DNA of 64,000 nt, from positions 288,001 to 352,000 of the forward strand of contig CAVPVX010000011.1 of NCBI GenBank assembly GCA_963709345.1. The letters are read 5' to 3'. The DNA comes from an uncultured Actinomycetes bacterium (lineage in GTDB: Bacteria > Actinomycetota > Thermoleophilia > UBA2241). Shown here piece by piece: positions 1 to 11,606 of this stretch (position 1 is its first letter; each line of letters begins with the position of its first letter). A program made the position numbers and the translations under genes. The notes under the pieces are model-generated. The model was not told where the DNA came from. It was given only the letters and a program-made list of their open reading frames with translations, and searched no databases.

Positions 1-93
1 CGGCTCGTGGCCGGGCGCGCCGGTCGCGCCCTTCTCGGCGCACGCCTCGGCGACCTGCTCGAACGGCTGCGCGACGTGATGGAGGGCGCATGA
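1..93 (+). CDS. hisG: ATP phosphoribosyltransferase (short form), 3' end only
   Basis: Frame reads RLVAGRAGRALLGARLGDLLERLRDVMEGA*, like a short-form HisG C-terminus; ATGA overlap with hisD. Confidence 0.6.
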   Translation, partial: RLVAGRAGRALLGARLGDLLERLRDVMEGA

Positions 94-1349
94 GGCGACT
101 GAACTGGAACGACGACGTCGGGGAACTGGTGGCCGCGCTGCGCGCCCTGGCTCCGCCGCCCGACCAGGTGCGCGAGGCGGTCGAGGCGATCGTTGCCGAC
201 GTGCGCGCGCTCGGCGACGACGCGGTACGGGCGCACACCGCGCGCCTGGATCGCGTCGAGCTCCCCGCGGCGTACGGCGTCTCGCCGGGGGAGCTCACCG
301 CGCGGCTCGACGCTCTCACCCCCGAGCTGCGCGCGGCGCTCGAGCTGGCGGCCGCCAACGTGCGCGCCTATCACGAGCGCGAGGCCGTGGTCTCCTGGCG
401 CGAGACGCTGCCGCAGGGCCAGGTCGTCGGCCAGGAGATCGTGCCGCTCGCCGTCGCCGGGCTGTACGTGCCCGGTGGTCTCGCCGACTACCCCTCCTCC
501 GTGCTCATGACGGCGATCCCCGCGCAGGTCGCCGGTGTGGAGCGCGTCGTCGTCTGCTCGCCGCCGCGCCCGGGCGGCGGCGCGGCCGCCGGCGTCGCCG
601 CCGCGTGCGCGCTGCTCGGGATCGAGCATCTCTTCCCGATCGGCGGCGCGCAGGCCGTCGCCGCCATGGCGCTGGGCACGAGCGTCGTCCCGCGCTGCGA
701 CGTCATCGTCGGTCCCGGCAACGCGTACGTCACCGAAGCCAAGCGCCGGCTGGTCGGCGAGGTCGGCATCGACAGCCTCGCCGGCCCGAGCGAGGTCCTC
801 ATCATCGCCGACGAGAGCGGTGTGCCGGCCTGGCTGGCGGCCGATCTGCTCGCCCAGGCCGAGCACGGCTCGGGGGCTATGGCGTGCCTCGTCGACGTCG
901 GCGGCACGCTCGCCGGCCCCGTTGCCGCCGAGTGCGAGCGTCTCTCGGGCGAACTCGGCATCGCCCTCGACAATGTCGTCATCGTCGCCTGTCCGGATCG
1001 CGCCGCCGCGCTCGCGTTCGGCAACGCCTTCGCGCCCGAGCACCTCGAGCTGCACTGCGCGGATGCGGCCGCTCTCGTCCCCGGCGTGCGCAACGCCGGC
1101 GCCGTCTTCGTGGGGCCGCATGCGGCGACGGCCTTCGCCGACTACGCCGCCGGCAGCAACCACGTGCTGCCCACCGGCGGCTCCGCCCGCTTCGCCCAGG
1201 GGCTCTCAACCGATGCTTTCCGCAAACGCATGGCTGTGGTAGAACTCGACGGTCCCGCCGCAGCCGCCCTCGCTCCGGCGGTGGCGGCGATCGCCGACGA
1301 AGAGGGCCTGCGCGCCCACGCGCGCTCGGCCCGACTCCACGCCCAGTGA
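90..1349 (+). CDS. hisD: Histidinol dehydrogenase
   Basis: GLYVPGG, GPGNAYV, AGPSE, DLLAQAEH, APEHLE, NHVLPT motifs. Confidence 0.97.
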   Translation: MRRLNWNDDVGELVAALRALAPPPDQVREAVEAIVADVRALGDDAVRAHTARLDRVELPAAYGVSPGELTARLDALTPELRAALELAAANVRAYHEREAVVSWRETLPQGQVVGQEIVPLAVAGLYVPGGLADYPSSVLMTAIPAQVAGVERVVVCSPPRPGGGAAAGVAAACALLGIEHLFPIGGAQAVAAMALGTSVVPRCDVIVGPGNAYVTEAKRRLVGEVGIDSLAGPSEVLIIADESGVPAWLAADLLAQAEHGSGAMACLVDVGGTLAGPVAAECERLSGELGIALDNVVIVACPDRAAALAFGNAFAPEHLELHCADAAALVPGVRNAGAVFVGPHAATAFADYAAGSNHVLPTGGSARFAQGLSTDAFRKRMAVVELDGPAAAALAPAVAAIADEEGLRAHARSARLHAQ

Positions 1350-1359
1350 GGAGCCGCAC

Positions 1360-1950
1360 ATGACCGCGCGTCGCGCAACGGTACAGCGCACCACCAGCGA
1401 GACCGACATCGCCCTGACCCTCGTGGTCGATGGATCCGGGGCGGCTGAGGCGAGCACCGGCATCGGCTTCCTCGACCATATGCTCGAGCTCTTCGCTCAT
1501 CACGGCCGCTTCGACCTCAGCGTCAAGGCGAGCGGCGACCTCGACGTCGACGGCCACCACACCGTCGAAGACGTCGGTCTGGCGCTCGGAGAGGCGCTTC
1601 GCGAGGCGCTCGGCGACAAGCGCGGCATCCGTCGCTACGGGTCGTTCCTGCTGCCGATGGACGAGGCGCTCGCTCTGGTCGCGCTCGATCTCTCGGGCCG
1701 GCCGTTCTTCGCGCACGACCTGCAGCTTGCCGGCGTGCGCCTCGGCGCCTTCGACGCAGAGCTCACGGCTCACTTCCTGCGCTCGCTGGCGACGCAGAGC
1801 GGCATGACGCTGCACGTGCGCCTTCTCGCCGGCAGCGACGGCCACCACATCGTCGAGGCCGTCTTCAAGGCATTCGCGCGGGCGCTCTCCGAGGCGTGCG
1901 AGCGGCACGGGCGCGACGACGCGGTGCCGTCGACCAAGGGCACGCTCTGA
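1360..1950 (+). CDS. hisB: Imidazoleglycerol-phosphate dehydratase (monofunctional)
   Basis: TGIGFLDHML, HHTVED, HHIVEAVFKA, PSTKG. Confidence 0.97.
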   Translation: MTARRATVQRTTSETDIALTLVVDGSGAAEASTGIGFLDHMLELFAHHGRFDLSVKASGDLDVDGHHTVEDVGLALGEALREALGDKRGIRRYGSFLLPMDEALALVALDLSGRPFFAHDLQLAGVRLGAFDAELTAHFLRSLATQSGMTLHVRLLAGSDGHHIVEAVFKAFARALSEACERHGRDDAVPSTKGTL

Positions 1951-1955
1951 CGCTC

Positions 1956-2600
1956 GTGTCGCAGCCCGGGCCGCGCATCGCCGTGGTCGACTACGGCATG
2001 GGCAACCTGGCCAGCGTGGCGAAGGCGCTCGAACGCAGCGGCGCCGACGTGCGCGTCACGCAGAGCGTCGCCGCGGTGCGCGACGCCGCCGGCGTCGTGC
2101 TGCCTGGCGTCGGCGCCTTCCGTGACGCGGTCGCGCGTCTGGAGAACGGGGGGCTTGGAACCGCCGTCGTCGAGCGCATCGCCGCCGGCACGCCGTTCCT
2201 CGGCGTCTGCCTCGGGCTGCAGCTTCTCTTCGAGAGCAGCGGCGAGGGAGGCCGTCGTCCCGGCCTCGGCGTGCTCCCGGGCACCGTCGAGCGTCTGGAG
2301 ACCGATCTCAAGGTGCCGCACATCGGCTGGAACGATCTCGAGTGGGGACCGGCCGGCGCGGGCATGGCCCGCTGGGTGCCGGCCCCCGCGACCGTCTACT
2401 TCGTGCATTCGTACGCGGCCGTCCCGGCCGATCCCGCGATCGTCGCCGCGACTACCGACTACGGCGGGACGGTCGTCGCGGCGGTGGCGCGGGACAACGT
2501 CTGGGCGGTACAGTTCCACCCGGAGAAGAGCTCGAGCGTCGGGCTGTCGCTGCTGGCCGCCTTCGTCGCCAACGTCCACCGGGAGGCGCACTCCTCATGA
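1956..2600 (+). CDS. hisH: IGP synthase glutamine amidotransferase subunit
   Basis: DYGMGN, PGVGAF, GVCLGLQ, YFVHSY, QFHPEKS; GTG start inferred. Confidence 0.95.
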   Translation: MSQPGPRIAVVDYGMGNLASVAKALERSGADVRVTQSVAAVRDAAGVVLPGVGAFRDAVARLENGGLGTAVVERIAAGTPFLGVCLGLQLLFESSGEGGRRPGLGVLPGTVERLETDLKVPHIGWNDLEWGPAGAGMARWVPAPATVYFVHSYAAVPADPAIVAATTDYGGTVVAAVARDNVWAVQFHPEKSSSVGLSLLAAFVANVHREAHSS

Positions 2601-3322
2601 TCGTGTTCCCCGCCGTCGACATCCAGGCCGGCAAGGCTGTGCGGCTGCGACGCGGCGACTTCGACGACGTGACCGTGTTCAGCGACGACCCCGTCGATCT
2701 GGCCAGGTACTGGCAGGACCAGGGCGCCGAGGCGCTCCACGTGATCGACCTCGACGCCGCCCGCACCGGCGAGCTGCAGAACATCGCCATCGTCGAGCGC
2801 ATCGTCAAGGCGCTCGACATCCCCGTCCAGTACGGCGGCGGTGTCCGCGACGTCAAGGCTCTCGCCCTGACGGCGGGCATCGGCGTGCACTGGGTGATCA
2901 TGGGTACGGCCGCGGTCACGTCCTTGGATCTGCTCGACGACGCCGTCAAGTGGCTGGGCGAGCGTCTCGTCGTCGGGCTCGATTGCACCGACGGCATGGT
3001 CGCCACACACGGCTGGCAGGAGCGGTCCCAGATGAGCGCCATCCGCTTCTCGAAGACCCTCGTCGAGCACGGCGTCGGGCGCGTCATCTACACCGACACC
3101 GCCCGCGACGGCATGCTCGGTGGGCCCAACATCCCCGGGCTCAAGGATCTCGCGGAGGTCTCGCCGCTCGAGATCATCCTGGCCGGCGGCGTCGGCCTGC
3201 TCGACGACCTGCGCCGCCTCAAGCGCCTCGACGCGGCCACTGTGGTCGGCGTCATCGTCGGCATGGCGCTCTACGAGAAGTCCTTCACGCTCGCCGACGC
3301 CCAGACCGTCTTCGCCGGCTGA
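2597..3322 (+). CDS. hisA: ProFAR isomerase
   Basis: MIVFPAVDI, LHVIDLD, GGGVR, TDTARDGML; ATGA overlap with hisH. Confidence 0.95.
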   Translation: MIVFPAVDIQAGKAVRLRRGDFDDVTVFSDDPVDLARYWQDQGAEALHVIDLDAARTGELQNIAIVERIVKALDIPVQYGGGVRDVKALALTAGIGVHWVIMGTAAVTSLDLLDDAVKWLGERLVVGLDCTDGMVATHGWQERSQMSAIRFSKTLVEHGVGRVIYTDTARDGMLGGPNIPGLKDLAEVSPLEIILAGGVGLLDDLRRLKRLDAATVVGVIVGMALYEKSFTLADAQTVFAG

Positions 3323-3334
3323 CGGCGGCCACCG

Positions 3335-4164
<830 letters not shown>

Positions 4165-4168
<4 letters not shown>

Positions 4169-4878
4169 AGGCGACGCGCCGCATCGACCTCACCGGCGCA
4201 CACACCCCCGACGAGGGCGAGCTCGCCGATGCCGTCGCCGCCGCGCGTCTCGTGTGCTTTCCGACAGACACGGTGTATGGCATCGGCGGTCGCCTGACGC
4301 CGGCCGTTCGCGAGGCGGTGATCGCGGCGAAGGGGCGTGACGCGGGCAAGCCGCTCCAGGTGGTGTATGCGTCACTGGAGCTGCTCGAGGGGTCACTCGA
4401 TCTGGAGCCCCGGGTCCTCGGCGCGGTGCGCCGCCTCCTGCCGGGGCCGTTCACGCTCCTGGTGCCGTACCCGCCGGGGCTGAGCTTACCGCCGGCGGGC
4501 GAGGTCTTGCCGGCGCCGGCTTCGCCGGCTTCGCTCGCCTCTCCGGCGGCACCCACGCGCACGCTGGGCGTGCGCGTGCCCAAGTGGCCGCCCGCCGCGC
4601 GGGCGCTCGCGCGCCTGCCCTTCGCCCTGCTCGCCTCGAGCGCCAATCCGAGCGGGGCCGCGGCGCCGCGCTCGGTCGCGGTGGTCGACCCGGGCATCCT
4701 CGCCGCCTGCGACCTCCTTCTCGACGCCGGACCGGTGAGCGGAATCGCGTCTACGGTGGTCGATCTCAGCCACTACGCCCTTGACGGCCGTTGGCGCATC
4801 GTGCGCACGGGGGCCGTCGACGAAGAGGGTGTCGCCGGGCTTCTCGGCGGCGCCGGGGAGGAGCCGGAGTCATCATGA
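4165..4878 (+). CDS. tsaC: L-threonylcarbamoyladenylate synthase (TsaC/YrdC; no Sua5 C-terminal domain)
   Basis: [31 protein letters not shown]. Confidence 0.9.
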
Positions 4879-5768
4879 GGACGCTGCCGTTCTACCAGGT
4901 CGACGTGTTCACCGACCGCCCGTTCGCCGGCAACCCGCTGGCCGTCTTTCCCGAGGCCCAAGGCCTCACTGCCGTGCAGATGCAGGCCATCGCCAGCGAG
5001 ATGAACCTCTCCGAGACCACCTTCGTCCTGCCGCCGGAGGGCGACGGCGACGCGCGGGTGCGGATCTTCACGCCTGCCGTCGAGTTGCCGTTCGCCGGGC
5101 ACCCCAGTGTGGGTACGGCATGCGAGCTCGTGCGCCTGCGGCTCGTCGACGTGTACCAGCCGGTGACGACCGTGGTGCTCGAGCTCGACGTGGGCCCCAC
5201 CGTCGTCGAGGTGGCGGTGCGTGGCGGCGTTCCCGTCGCCGGCACGGTCCACCAGCGCGCACCCGTCTTCCACGCTCCGTCGCCGCGCGGCTCCGCCGCC
5301 GCCGCGCTCGGCCTCGACCTCGACGACCTGCACCCGGAGTTCGACCCCGTGCCGGTCGACACCGGCCTCTGCTACACGATCGTGCCGCTGGTCTCGCAGC
5401 GCGCGCTGGCGCGCGTCTCCATCAACCTCGAGCTGGCCGCCGACTTCGAGCGGCGCTACGCGGAGCTGTATCCCTGCGCGTTCACGGGGCAGGCCGACCC
5501 GTGGATCGAGGCGCGCGGCCTGTTCCCCTTCGTAGGCATCACCGAGGACCCGGCCACCGGCAGCGCCGCGGGACCGCTGGCCGCGTACATGGCCCGGGCG
5601 GGCATGCTGCCGCCGGGCGAGGAGCGCGTCGTTCTGCAGGGACAGCACATCGGCCGGCCCAGCTTCCTCACCGTCTCAGTCTCGGGTACGCGGGAGCACA
5701 TCGAGGACGTCCGCGTGGGCGGACGGGTGCACCCCGTGCTGAGGGGCGAGCTCTCGCTGCCGGACTGA
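4875..5768 (+). CDS. PhzF-family isomerase/epimerase
   Basis: VDVFT..F.GNPLAV, NLSETTF, ELPFAGHP, EDPATGSA, GRPS. Confidence 0.92.
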   Translation: MRTLPFYQVDVFTDRPFAGNPLAVFPEAQGLTAVQMQAIASEMNLSETTFVLPPEGDGDARVRIFTPAVELPFAGHPSVGTACELVRLRLVDVYQPVTTVVLELDVGPTVVEVAVRGGVPVAGTVHQRAPVFHAPSPRGSAAAALGLDLDDLHPEFDPVPVDTGLCYTIVPLVSQRALARVSINLELAADFERRYAELYPCAFTGQADPWIEARGLFPFVGITEDPATGSAAGPLAAYMARAGMLPPGEERVVLQGQHIGRPSFLTVSVSGTREHIEDVRVGGRVHPVLRGELSLPD

Positions 5769-5774
5769 TACAAT
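5766..5774 (+). promoter_or_regulatory. Extended -10 promoter for rpiB-glyA operon
   Basis: TGaTACAAT directly at the phzF stop in a GC-rich background. Confidence 0.5.
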
Positions 5775-5885
5775 CAGCGGCCTGTACGAACAGGTCTCGG
5801 CGTCTCGCATCGGGCCGCGTCCCCGGGTGGCTTGCGACCCGTCGCGAGCGCACCCGCTCACTCCCCAGACCAGAAGGAGCATGTC

Positions 5886-6332
5886 ATGAAGATCGCCGCC
5901 GGCGCCGACCACGGAGGGTTCGCGCTCAAACAGGCTGTGGTGCGTCGCCTCCGCTCGCTGGGCCACGAGGTGATCGACGTGGGCACCGACTCTGAGGAGA
6001 CGTCCGTCGACTACCCTGACTTCGGCCACAAGGTCGCGACGATGGTCGCCTCCGGCGACGTCGACCGCGGTCTGCTGGTCTGCGGCACCGGCCTCGGCAT
6101 GTGCATGTCGGCCAACCGCCACCCCGGCGTGCGTGCCGCGGACTGCTTCACGCCGTATCTCGCAGAGATGGCGCGCCGCCACAACGACGCCAACGTGCTC
6201 TGCATGGGCGGTCGAATCCTCAGCGAGGACGAGGGCTGGGCCATCACCGAGGTGTGGTTGAACACGCCCTTCGAGGGAGGGCGCCACGAGCACCGGGTGG
6301 CCGGCATCGAGCGGGGAGGCGGGTGCGCGTGA
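5886..6332 (+). CDS. rpiB: Ribose-5-phosphate isomerase B
   Basis: ADHGG, DYPD, CGTGLG, HNDANVL, GGRH; AAGGAG RBS. Confidence 0.95.
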   Translation: MKIAAGADHGGFALKQAVVRRLRSLGHEVIDVGTDSEETSVDYPDFGHKVATMVASGDVDRGLLVCGTGLGMCMSANRHPGVRAADCFTPYLAEMARRHNDANVLCMGGRILSEDEGWAITEVWLNTPFEGGRHEHRVAGIERGGGCA

Positions 6333-7597
6333 GTCCCGTCGGTCGCGAGTGGCGCCGCGAGCCGCTCTACCACCTCGATCCCGAGCTCAACGAGCTCCTG
6401 CGGAGCGAGCTCATCCGCCAGCAGGAGACCCTCGAGCTGATCGCCAGCGAGAACTTCGCCAGCCGCGCCGTGCTCGAGGCCACGGGCTCGGTACTCACCA
6501 ACAAGTACGCGGAGGGCACGCCGGGGGCGCGATACTACGGCGGGTGTGACGTCGTCGATCAGGTCGAGCGGCTCGCCATCGATCGCTGCAAGGAGGTGTT
6601 CGGCGCCGAGCACGTGAACGTGCAGCCCCACTCGGGCTCGTCGGCCAACCTGGCGGCGCTCTTCGCCTTGCTGGAGCAGGGCGACACGATGATGGCCATG
6701 GCGCTCGCCCACGGCGGCCACCTCACGCACGGCATGAGCATCAACTACTCCGGCCGGACCTACGACGTGGTGCCGTATCACGTGCGCTCCGACACCGAGC
6801 TCATCGACATGGACGAGGTGCGCGACCTCGCGCTGGCTCACCGCCCCAGGCTCATCATCTGCGGCTACAGCGCCTACCCGCGCATCGTCGACTTCGCCGC
6901 TTTCCGCGAGATCGCCGACGAGTGCGGCGCCATGCTCCTCGCCGACATCGCCCACATCGCCGGGCTGATCGCCGCGGGGGTGCACCCCAATCCGGTCCCG
7001 TACTGCGACGTGGTGACCAGCACCACGCACAAGACGCTGACGGGCCCGCGGGCCGGCCTCATCATGTGCCGCAAGGAATATGCGGAGGCTATCGATCGCG
7101 CCGTCTTCCCCGGCATGCAGGGCGGGCCGCTGATGCACGTGATCGCCGCCAAGGCCGTCTGCCTGCGCATCGCCCAGAGCGACGAGTTCCACCGCCTGCA
7201 GCGGCAGATCGTGAAGAACTGCGCCGTGCTCGCCGAGACGCTGGCCGAGGGCGGTCTGCGGCTCGTCTCCGGCGGCACCGACGTGCACCTGGCGCTGGTC
7301 GATCTGCGCAGCACGGGGATGAGCGGTCTCGAGTGTCAGGACCTCCTCGAGACGGTCAACATCACGGCCAACCGCAACGTCGTGCCCTTCGAAGACGCGT
7401 CGTTCAACGTCGCCAGCGGGCTGCGCGTCGGCTCGCCGGCGGTGAGCACCCGGGGCTTCATGGAGCCCGAGATGCGCCAGACCGGCGAGCTCATGCTCCG
7501 CGCCGTCTCCGCTCGCAAGAACGGCGCCGCTCTCGCGGAGATCCGCCACGAGGTCCTCGATCTGCTGGACCGCTTCCCGCTCTACGAGTTCCTGTGA
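6329..7597 (+). CDS. glyA: Serine hydroxymethyltransferase
   Basis: LIASENF, NKYAEG, GGHLTHG, TTHKTL PLP lysine. Confidence 0.97.
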   Translation: MSPVGREWRREPLYHLDPELNELLRSELIRQQETLELIASENFASRAVLEATGSVLTNKYAEGTPGARYYGGCDVVDQVERLAIDRCKEVFGAEHVNVQPHSGSSANLAALFALLEQGDTMMAMALAHGGHLTHGMSINYSGRTYDVVPYHVRSDTELIDMDEVRDLALAHRPRLIICGYSAYPRIVDFAAFREIADECGAMLLADIAHIAGLIAAGVHPNPVPYCDVVTSTTHKTLTGPRAGLIMCRKEYAEAIDRAVFPGMQGGPLMHVIAAKAVCLRIAQSDEFHRLQRQIVKNCAVLAETLAEGGLRLVSGGTDVHLALVDLRSTGMSGLECQDLLETVNITANRNVVPFEDASFNVASGLRVGSPAVSTRGFMEPEMRQTGELMLRAVSARKNGAALAEIRHEVLDLLDRFPLYEFL

Positions 7598-8091
7598 GCG
7601 GTCCTCCCGACAACGCCGCCGCGGCGCCGCAGGCGCGGCCGACCTGGGACGAGTACTTCCTGCAGCTCGCCAGGCAGGCCGCGACCCGCTCGACCTGCCT
7701 GCGTCGCCGGGTGGGCGCCGTGCTGGTGCGCGACAGGCGCATCCTCGCGACCGGCTACAACGGCGCCCCGCGCGGCGTCTCCCACTGTCTGGACGTCGGG
7801 TGTCTGCGTGACGAGCTCGGCATCCCCTCGGGGGAGCGTCACGAGCTCTGCCGCGCCATCCACGCCGAGCAGAACGCCGTCATCCAGGCGGCCATCCACG
7901 GCGTGGCCATCGAGGGTGCGACTCTGTACTGCACGCACCACCCGTGCATCCTCTGCGCCAAGATCCTCATCAACTGCGGCGTGCGCGAGATCCACTATCT
8001 CGAGGGCTACCCCGATGAGCTCTCCCGAGAGATGCTCAAGGAAGCCGAGGTCGTGCTCCACAAGGAGGAACTGCCATCGGCGGCCCACTGA
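7594..8091 (+). CDS. dCMP/cytidine deaminase (ComEB-like)
   Basis: [24 protein letters not shown] zinc motif; GTGA overlap. Confidence 0.92.
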   Translation: MSGPPDNAAAAPQARPTWDEYFLQLARQAATRSTCLRRRVGAVLVRDRRILATGYNGAPRGVSHCLDVGCLRDELGIPSGERHELCRAIHAEQNAVIQAAIHGVAIEGATLYCTHHPCILCAKILINCGVREIHYLEGYPDELSREMLKEAEVVLHKEELPSAAH

Positions 8092-9206
8092 GCCTCTCGA
8101 GCCCGCTGCGCACGGCCATCCTCGGCTTTCTCATCGCCGCCTTGATCGTCTACGTGCTCACACCGCTGATGGGGCGTCTGGCGCACCGCACCGGCGCCGT
8201 GGACACGCCCAGCGACGACCGGCGCATGCACGTGCTCGCGACGCCCCTGCTGGGCGGCCTCGGCATGTACCTCGGGTGGATGATCCCGGTCATGCTGCTG
8301 GTCGAGGTCGACCGCGCCGTGTGGGGGATCATAGGCGGTGCGACGATCGTCGTCGCCGTGGGCCTGTTCGACGATCTCTACGAGCTGGAGCCGATCGTCA
8401 AGTTCATCGGCCAGCTGCTCGCCATCGGCGTGGCCATCTACTTCGACACGAGCGTGACGCGCCTCGGGGTGCCCTTCACCGACGTCATGTGGCACCTGCC
8501 CGTCCTGTTGTCGATCTTCGTCACCGTGTTCTGGATGGCGATGATCATCAACATGGTGAACTTCATCGACGGCCTCGACGGGCTGGCCGCCGGCGTGTGC
8601 GGCATCTCCGCGCTCACGTTCTCCGTCATCTCTCTGCTCACCGGCTTCCCAGCCATGGGGGTGCTCTCCGCCGTGCTGGCCGGCGCGACCTTCGCCTTCC
8701 TGCGCTTCAACTTCCACCCGGCCAGCATCTTCATGGGCGATGCCGGCTCGATGCTGCTGGGGTTCGTGCTCGCCTGCATCAGCGTCCAGAGTGTGATGAA
8801 GGGCACTGCGGCCGTCGCGCTGGTGCTGCCGCTGCTCGTGCTCGGCGTCCCCTTCGTGGATCTCTTCCTCATCGTCTGGCGGCGCTGGCGCCGCGGGGTG
8901 CCGTTCTACTCGCCCGGCCAAGACCACGTGCACCACGATCTCGTGCTCGTGCACGGCTTCTCGCAGCGCAAGAGCGTGCTCCTGCTGTACGGGTGGTGCA
9001 GCTGCCTCAGCTGCCTCGCCATCGCCGCTCAGCAGCGCTACACGCCGGCGATCGTGTTCTTCGGCGTCGCGGCGGTCGTCTCGACCACCTACATGGCCCG
9101 TCTGCTCAGCCGCTTCCGGTCGCGCCGCGAGGGCCTTCCCGACCCGCTTGCTCCAGGTGTCGGCCGCAACCCGTCCAAGGGTGGGAATGATGACCAGGCC
9201 GCCTAG
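8088..9206 (+). CDS. Polyprenyl-phosphate sugar-1-phosphate transferase (WecA/TagO, MraY-like GT4)
   Basis: [26 protein letters not shown]; start probably CTG 8088 (TTG 8142 truncates TM1). Confidence 0.9.
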   Translation: MSLSSPLRTAILGFLIAALIVYVLTPLMGRLAHRTGAVDTPSDDRRMHVLATPLLGGLGMYLGWMIPVMLLVEVDRAVWGIIGGATIVVAVGLFDDLYELEPIVKFIGQLLAIGVAIYFDTSVTRLGVPFTDVMWHLPVLLSIFVTVFWMAMIINMVNFIDGLDGLAAGVCGISALTFSVISLLTGFPAMGVLSAVLAGATFAFLRFNFHPASIFMGDAGSMLLGFVLACISVQSVMKGTAAVALVLPLLVLGVPFVDLFLIVWRRWRRGVPFYSPGQDHVHHDLVLVHGFSQRKSVLLLYGWCSCLSCLAIAAQQRYTPAIVFFGVAAVVSTTYMARLLSRFRSRREGLPDPLAPGVGRNPSKGGNDDQAA

Positions 9207-9273
9207 AGCGACTGCGGCCAAGACAGGCCGCTTCGGCTGCCGCGCCGGTCGCAGGCGCTCGGTTGCCATCCTG

Positions 9274-9302
9274 TTGCAGGCCTCCGGCTCGGCAGGTATA
9301 GT
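9274..9302 (+). promoter_or_regulatory. sigma70-type promoter of atp operon
   Basis: TTGCAG-17 bp-TATAGT. Confidence 0.55.
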
Positions 9303-9524
9303 ATGACGCCGGGAGCATCCGGGGACGGAAAAAAAGACGGCGGGCACCGCTCGTCTGCGTCCGCGGAATCGGTGGCGTTTCTACTTCTTGCAGGCGTCGC
9401 AGTCGGGCTGGGTGTGGGTGCCGGGCTTGACTGGCTGTTCGGTAAGTTCCCGCTGTTCGCCGTAATCGGTGTGTTCGCCGGGTTCGTTCTGGCGCTGTAC
9501 GCGATCTACGTAGAGACGAAGTAA
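9303..9524 (+). CDS. AtpZ/AtpI-family small membrane protein
   Basis: G.G.GLD..F...P two-helix motif ahead of atp genes; start uncertain. Confidence 0.8.
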   Translation: MTPGASGDGKKDGGHRSSASAESVAFLLLAGVAVGLGVGAGLDWLFGKFPLFAVIGVFAGFVLALYAIYVETK

Positions 9525-9555
9525 CCGCTTCGGGAGGACCGGACTTATCCGCAAG

Positions 9556-9921
9556 TTGGTCATAGCACCGCTTCTTTTTGGAGCCACTGCAGTGGTCTGC
9601 GCCGTGGTCGCCGCCGTCGTTGGGCAGCCGGTGTGGGCCGCCGCCGCGGGCGCCAGCCTCGCGCTCGTCTACTGGGCGCTCGATGCGCTCACCTGGTGGC
9701 GCGCTCGCGATCGCGACGACCTCGCGCTCGGACTCGCGATCGGCGGCATGTTCACCCGGCTTCTTGTGGTGCTCACGGCTCTCGTCATCATCGGCATTCT
9801 CGACCGCCCGTCGTTCCCCACCGCGGTGGTCTCATTCCTCGTCGCGTTCACTCTGTACATCCTTGTCCGTCCCCTCATGTACCTCACCGCGTCCACTCCG
9901 GCGGGCCAGGCGAGGCTGTAG
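9556..9921 (+). CDS. atpI: ATP synthase protein I-like membrane protein
   Basis: Four hydrophobic helices, directly before atpB. Confidence 0.7.
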   Translation: MVIAPLLFGATAVVCAVVAAVVGQPVWAAAAGASLALVYWALDALTWWRARDRDDLALGLAIGGMFTRLLVVLTALVIIGILDRPSFPTAVVSFLVAFTLYILVRPLMYLTASTPAGQARL

Positions 9922-10775
9922 TGAAGCATCCCTGGCGCTGGATCATCGGCCTGCTGGCCGTCGGTTTACTCGTCGCCCTGGCGATCATCCCCGGCGGTGC
10001 CAGGCGGGAGTTCCCGGTCGCGGAGGAGTTCGATCTCACCCACCCCCTCGTCTCGCTGCCCACGGTCGGGCCCTTCGATCTGTCGGTGAGCAAGGCCGTC
10101 GTCTATCTGTGGATCGCCACCGCGGTCATCGTCGTCCTCGCGATCATCATCGCTCGCAGCCTCAAGGTGCATCCAGGCCGGTTCCAGTTCACTATGGAGA
10201 CGCTCTACGCTCTGGCGCGCGACGGTATCGTAGGCTCGGTCATGAAGAGCGGCAAAGCGACCTGGTTCCCCTACGTCGGCGCTGTGTTCGTCTTCGTGCT
10301 CGTGAACAACGTGATCGGGCTGCTCCCGCTTCCGTTCGGCGAGCATCATCAACCGTCCTACTACGCCGCCACCGCCAACCTCAACGTCACGGTGACCCTG
10401 GCGCTGTTCACGTTCGTGTTCACGCACTACGCAGGGCTGCGGAAGAACGGCCTTCGGTACTTCGCCAACTGGGCGCCGCCCTCGGCCCCTCCGGTGCTCA
10501 AGCAGGTGATCTGGTTCATCCATGTCATCAGCGAGATCTTCCGTCTCATCTCGCTCTCTGTACGTCTGTTCGCCAACATGCTCGCCGGGCACGCCATCCT
10601 CGCCGTGTTCTTCGCCATGGTGCTCATCTTCCAGAGCTACCTGGCGGCCGTCGTGCTGCAGGGCGCTTCGGTGCTCATCTACATGTTCGAGATCTTCGTC
10701 GCCTTCATCCAGGCGTTCATCTTTGCCATTCTCTCCGCCGTTTACATCGGCGGCGCTCTCGACCAGGACCACTGA
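9921..10775 (+). CDS. atpB: ATP synthase Fo subunit a
   Basis: SLSVRLFANMLAGH, QAFIF. Confidence 0.96.
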   Translation: MKHPWRWIIGLLAVGLLVALAIIPGGARREFPVAEEFDLTHPLVSLPTVGPFDLSVSKAVVYLWIATAVIVVLAIIIARSLKVHPGRFQFTMETLYALARDGIVGSVMKSGKATWFPYVGAVFVFVLVNNVIGLLPLPFGEHHQPSYYAATANLNVTVTLALFTFVFTHYAGLRKNGLRYFANWAPPSAPPVLKQVIWFIHVISEIFRLISLSVRLFANMLAGHAILAVFFAMVLIFQSYLAAVVLQGASVLIYMFEIFVAFIQAFIFAILSAVYIGGALDQDH

Positions 10776-10804
10776 CCATCGTCACGTGCAGACAACCGCT
10801 GTAG

Positions 10805-11059
<255 letters not shown>

Positions 11060-11096
11060 GAGCAACGAGCGCTGAAGTGAAACAGGGAGGTCGCTC

Positions 11097-11606
11097 ATGC
11101 TAGACGTGTTCCCGGGCCTCATGATCTGGACGCTGATCACGTTCGGCATCGCCGTGTTCATCCTCTGGAAGTACGCCTTCGGGCCGCTCCAGAAGATCAT
11201 CGATGAGCGGCGCGCGGGCATCCAGGAAAGCATGGACGTGGCGGAAGAGACGCGCGTTGAGGCGCTGCGCCTGCTCGAGGAGTACAAGGCCACGCTCGCC
11301 AGGGTACGCGGCGAGTCTGATGAGATCCTGGAGCGCTCGCGCACGACCGCCGAGCACACCAAGACGGAGATCATGACGGAGGCCAAGGTCCAATCCGAGC
11401 GCGTGCTCGAGAAGGCTCACGAGCAGATCGAGCGCGACACGCGCGCCGCCCTGCGCCAGATCAAGGGTCAGATCGCCGAGCTCACCGCACTGGCCACCGA
11501 GAAGGTCGCGGCGAGTAGCCTGAGCGAAGCCGACCAGCGGCGCCTCATCGACGAGGCGCTCGCAGAGCTCGACGTCGACAAGCTCGGCGCTGAGGGCTCA
11601 GGGTGA
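11097..11606 (+). CDS. atpF: ATP synthase Fo subunit b
   Basis: N-terminal TM followed by coiled coil; position in operon. Confidence 0.95.
   Translation: MLDVFPGLMIWTLITFGIAVFILWKYAFGPLQKIIDERRAGIQESMDVAEETRVEALRLLEEYKATLARVRGESDEILERSRTTAEHTKTEIMTEAKVQSERVLEKAHEQIERDTRAALRQIKGQIAELTALATEKVAASSLSEADQRRLIDEALAELDVDKLGAEGSG

Noticed and set aside
5775-5885. ZMP/ZTP riboswitch before rpiB-glyA
   Set aside because: Conserved GACUGGCG/GGGGAG and GCCUGGG elements not found
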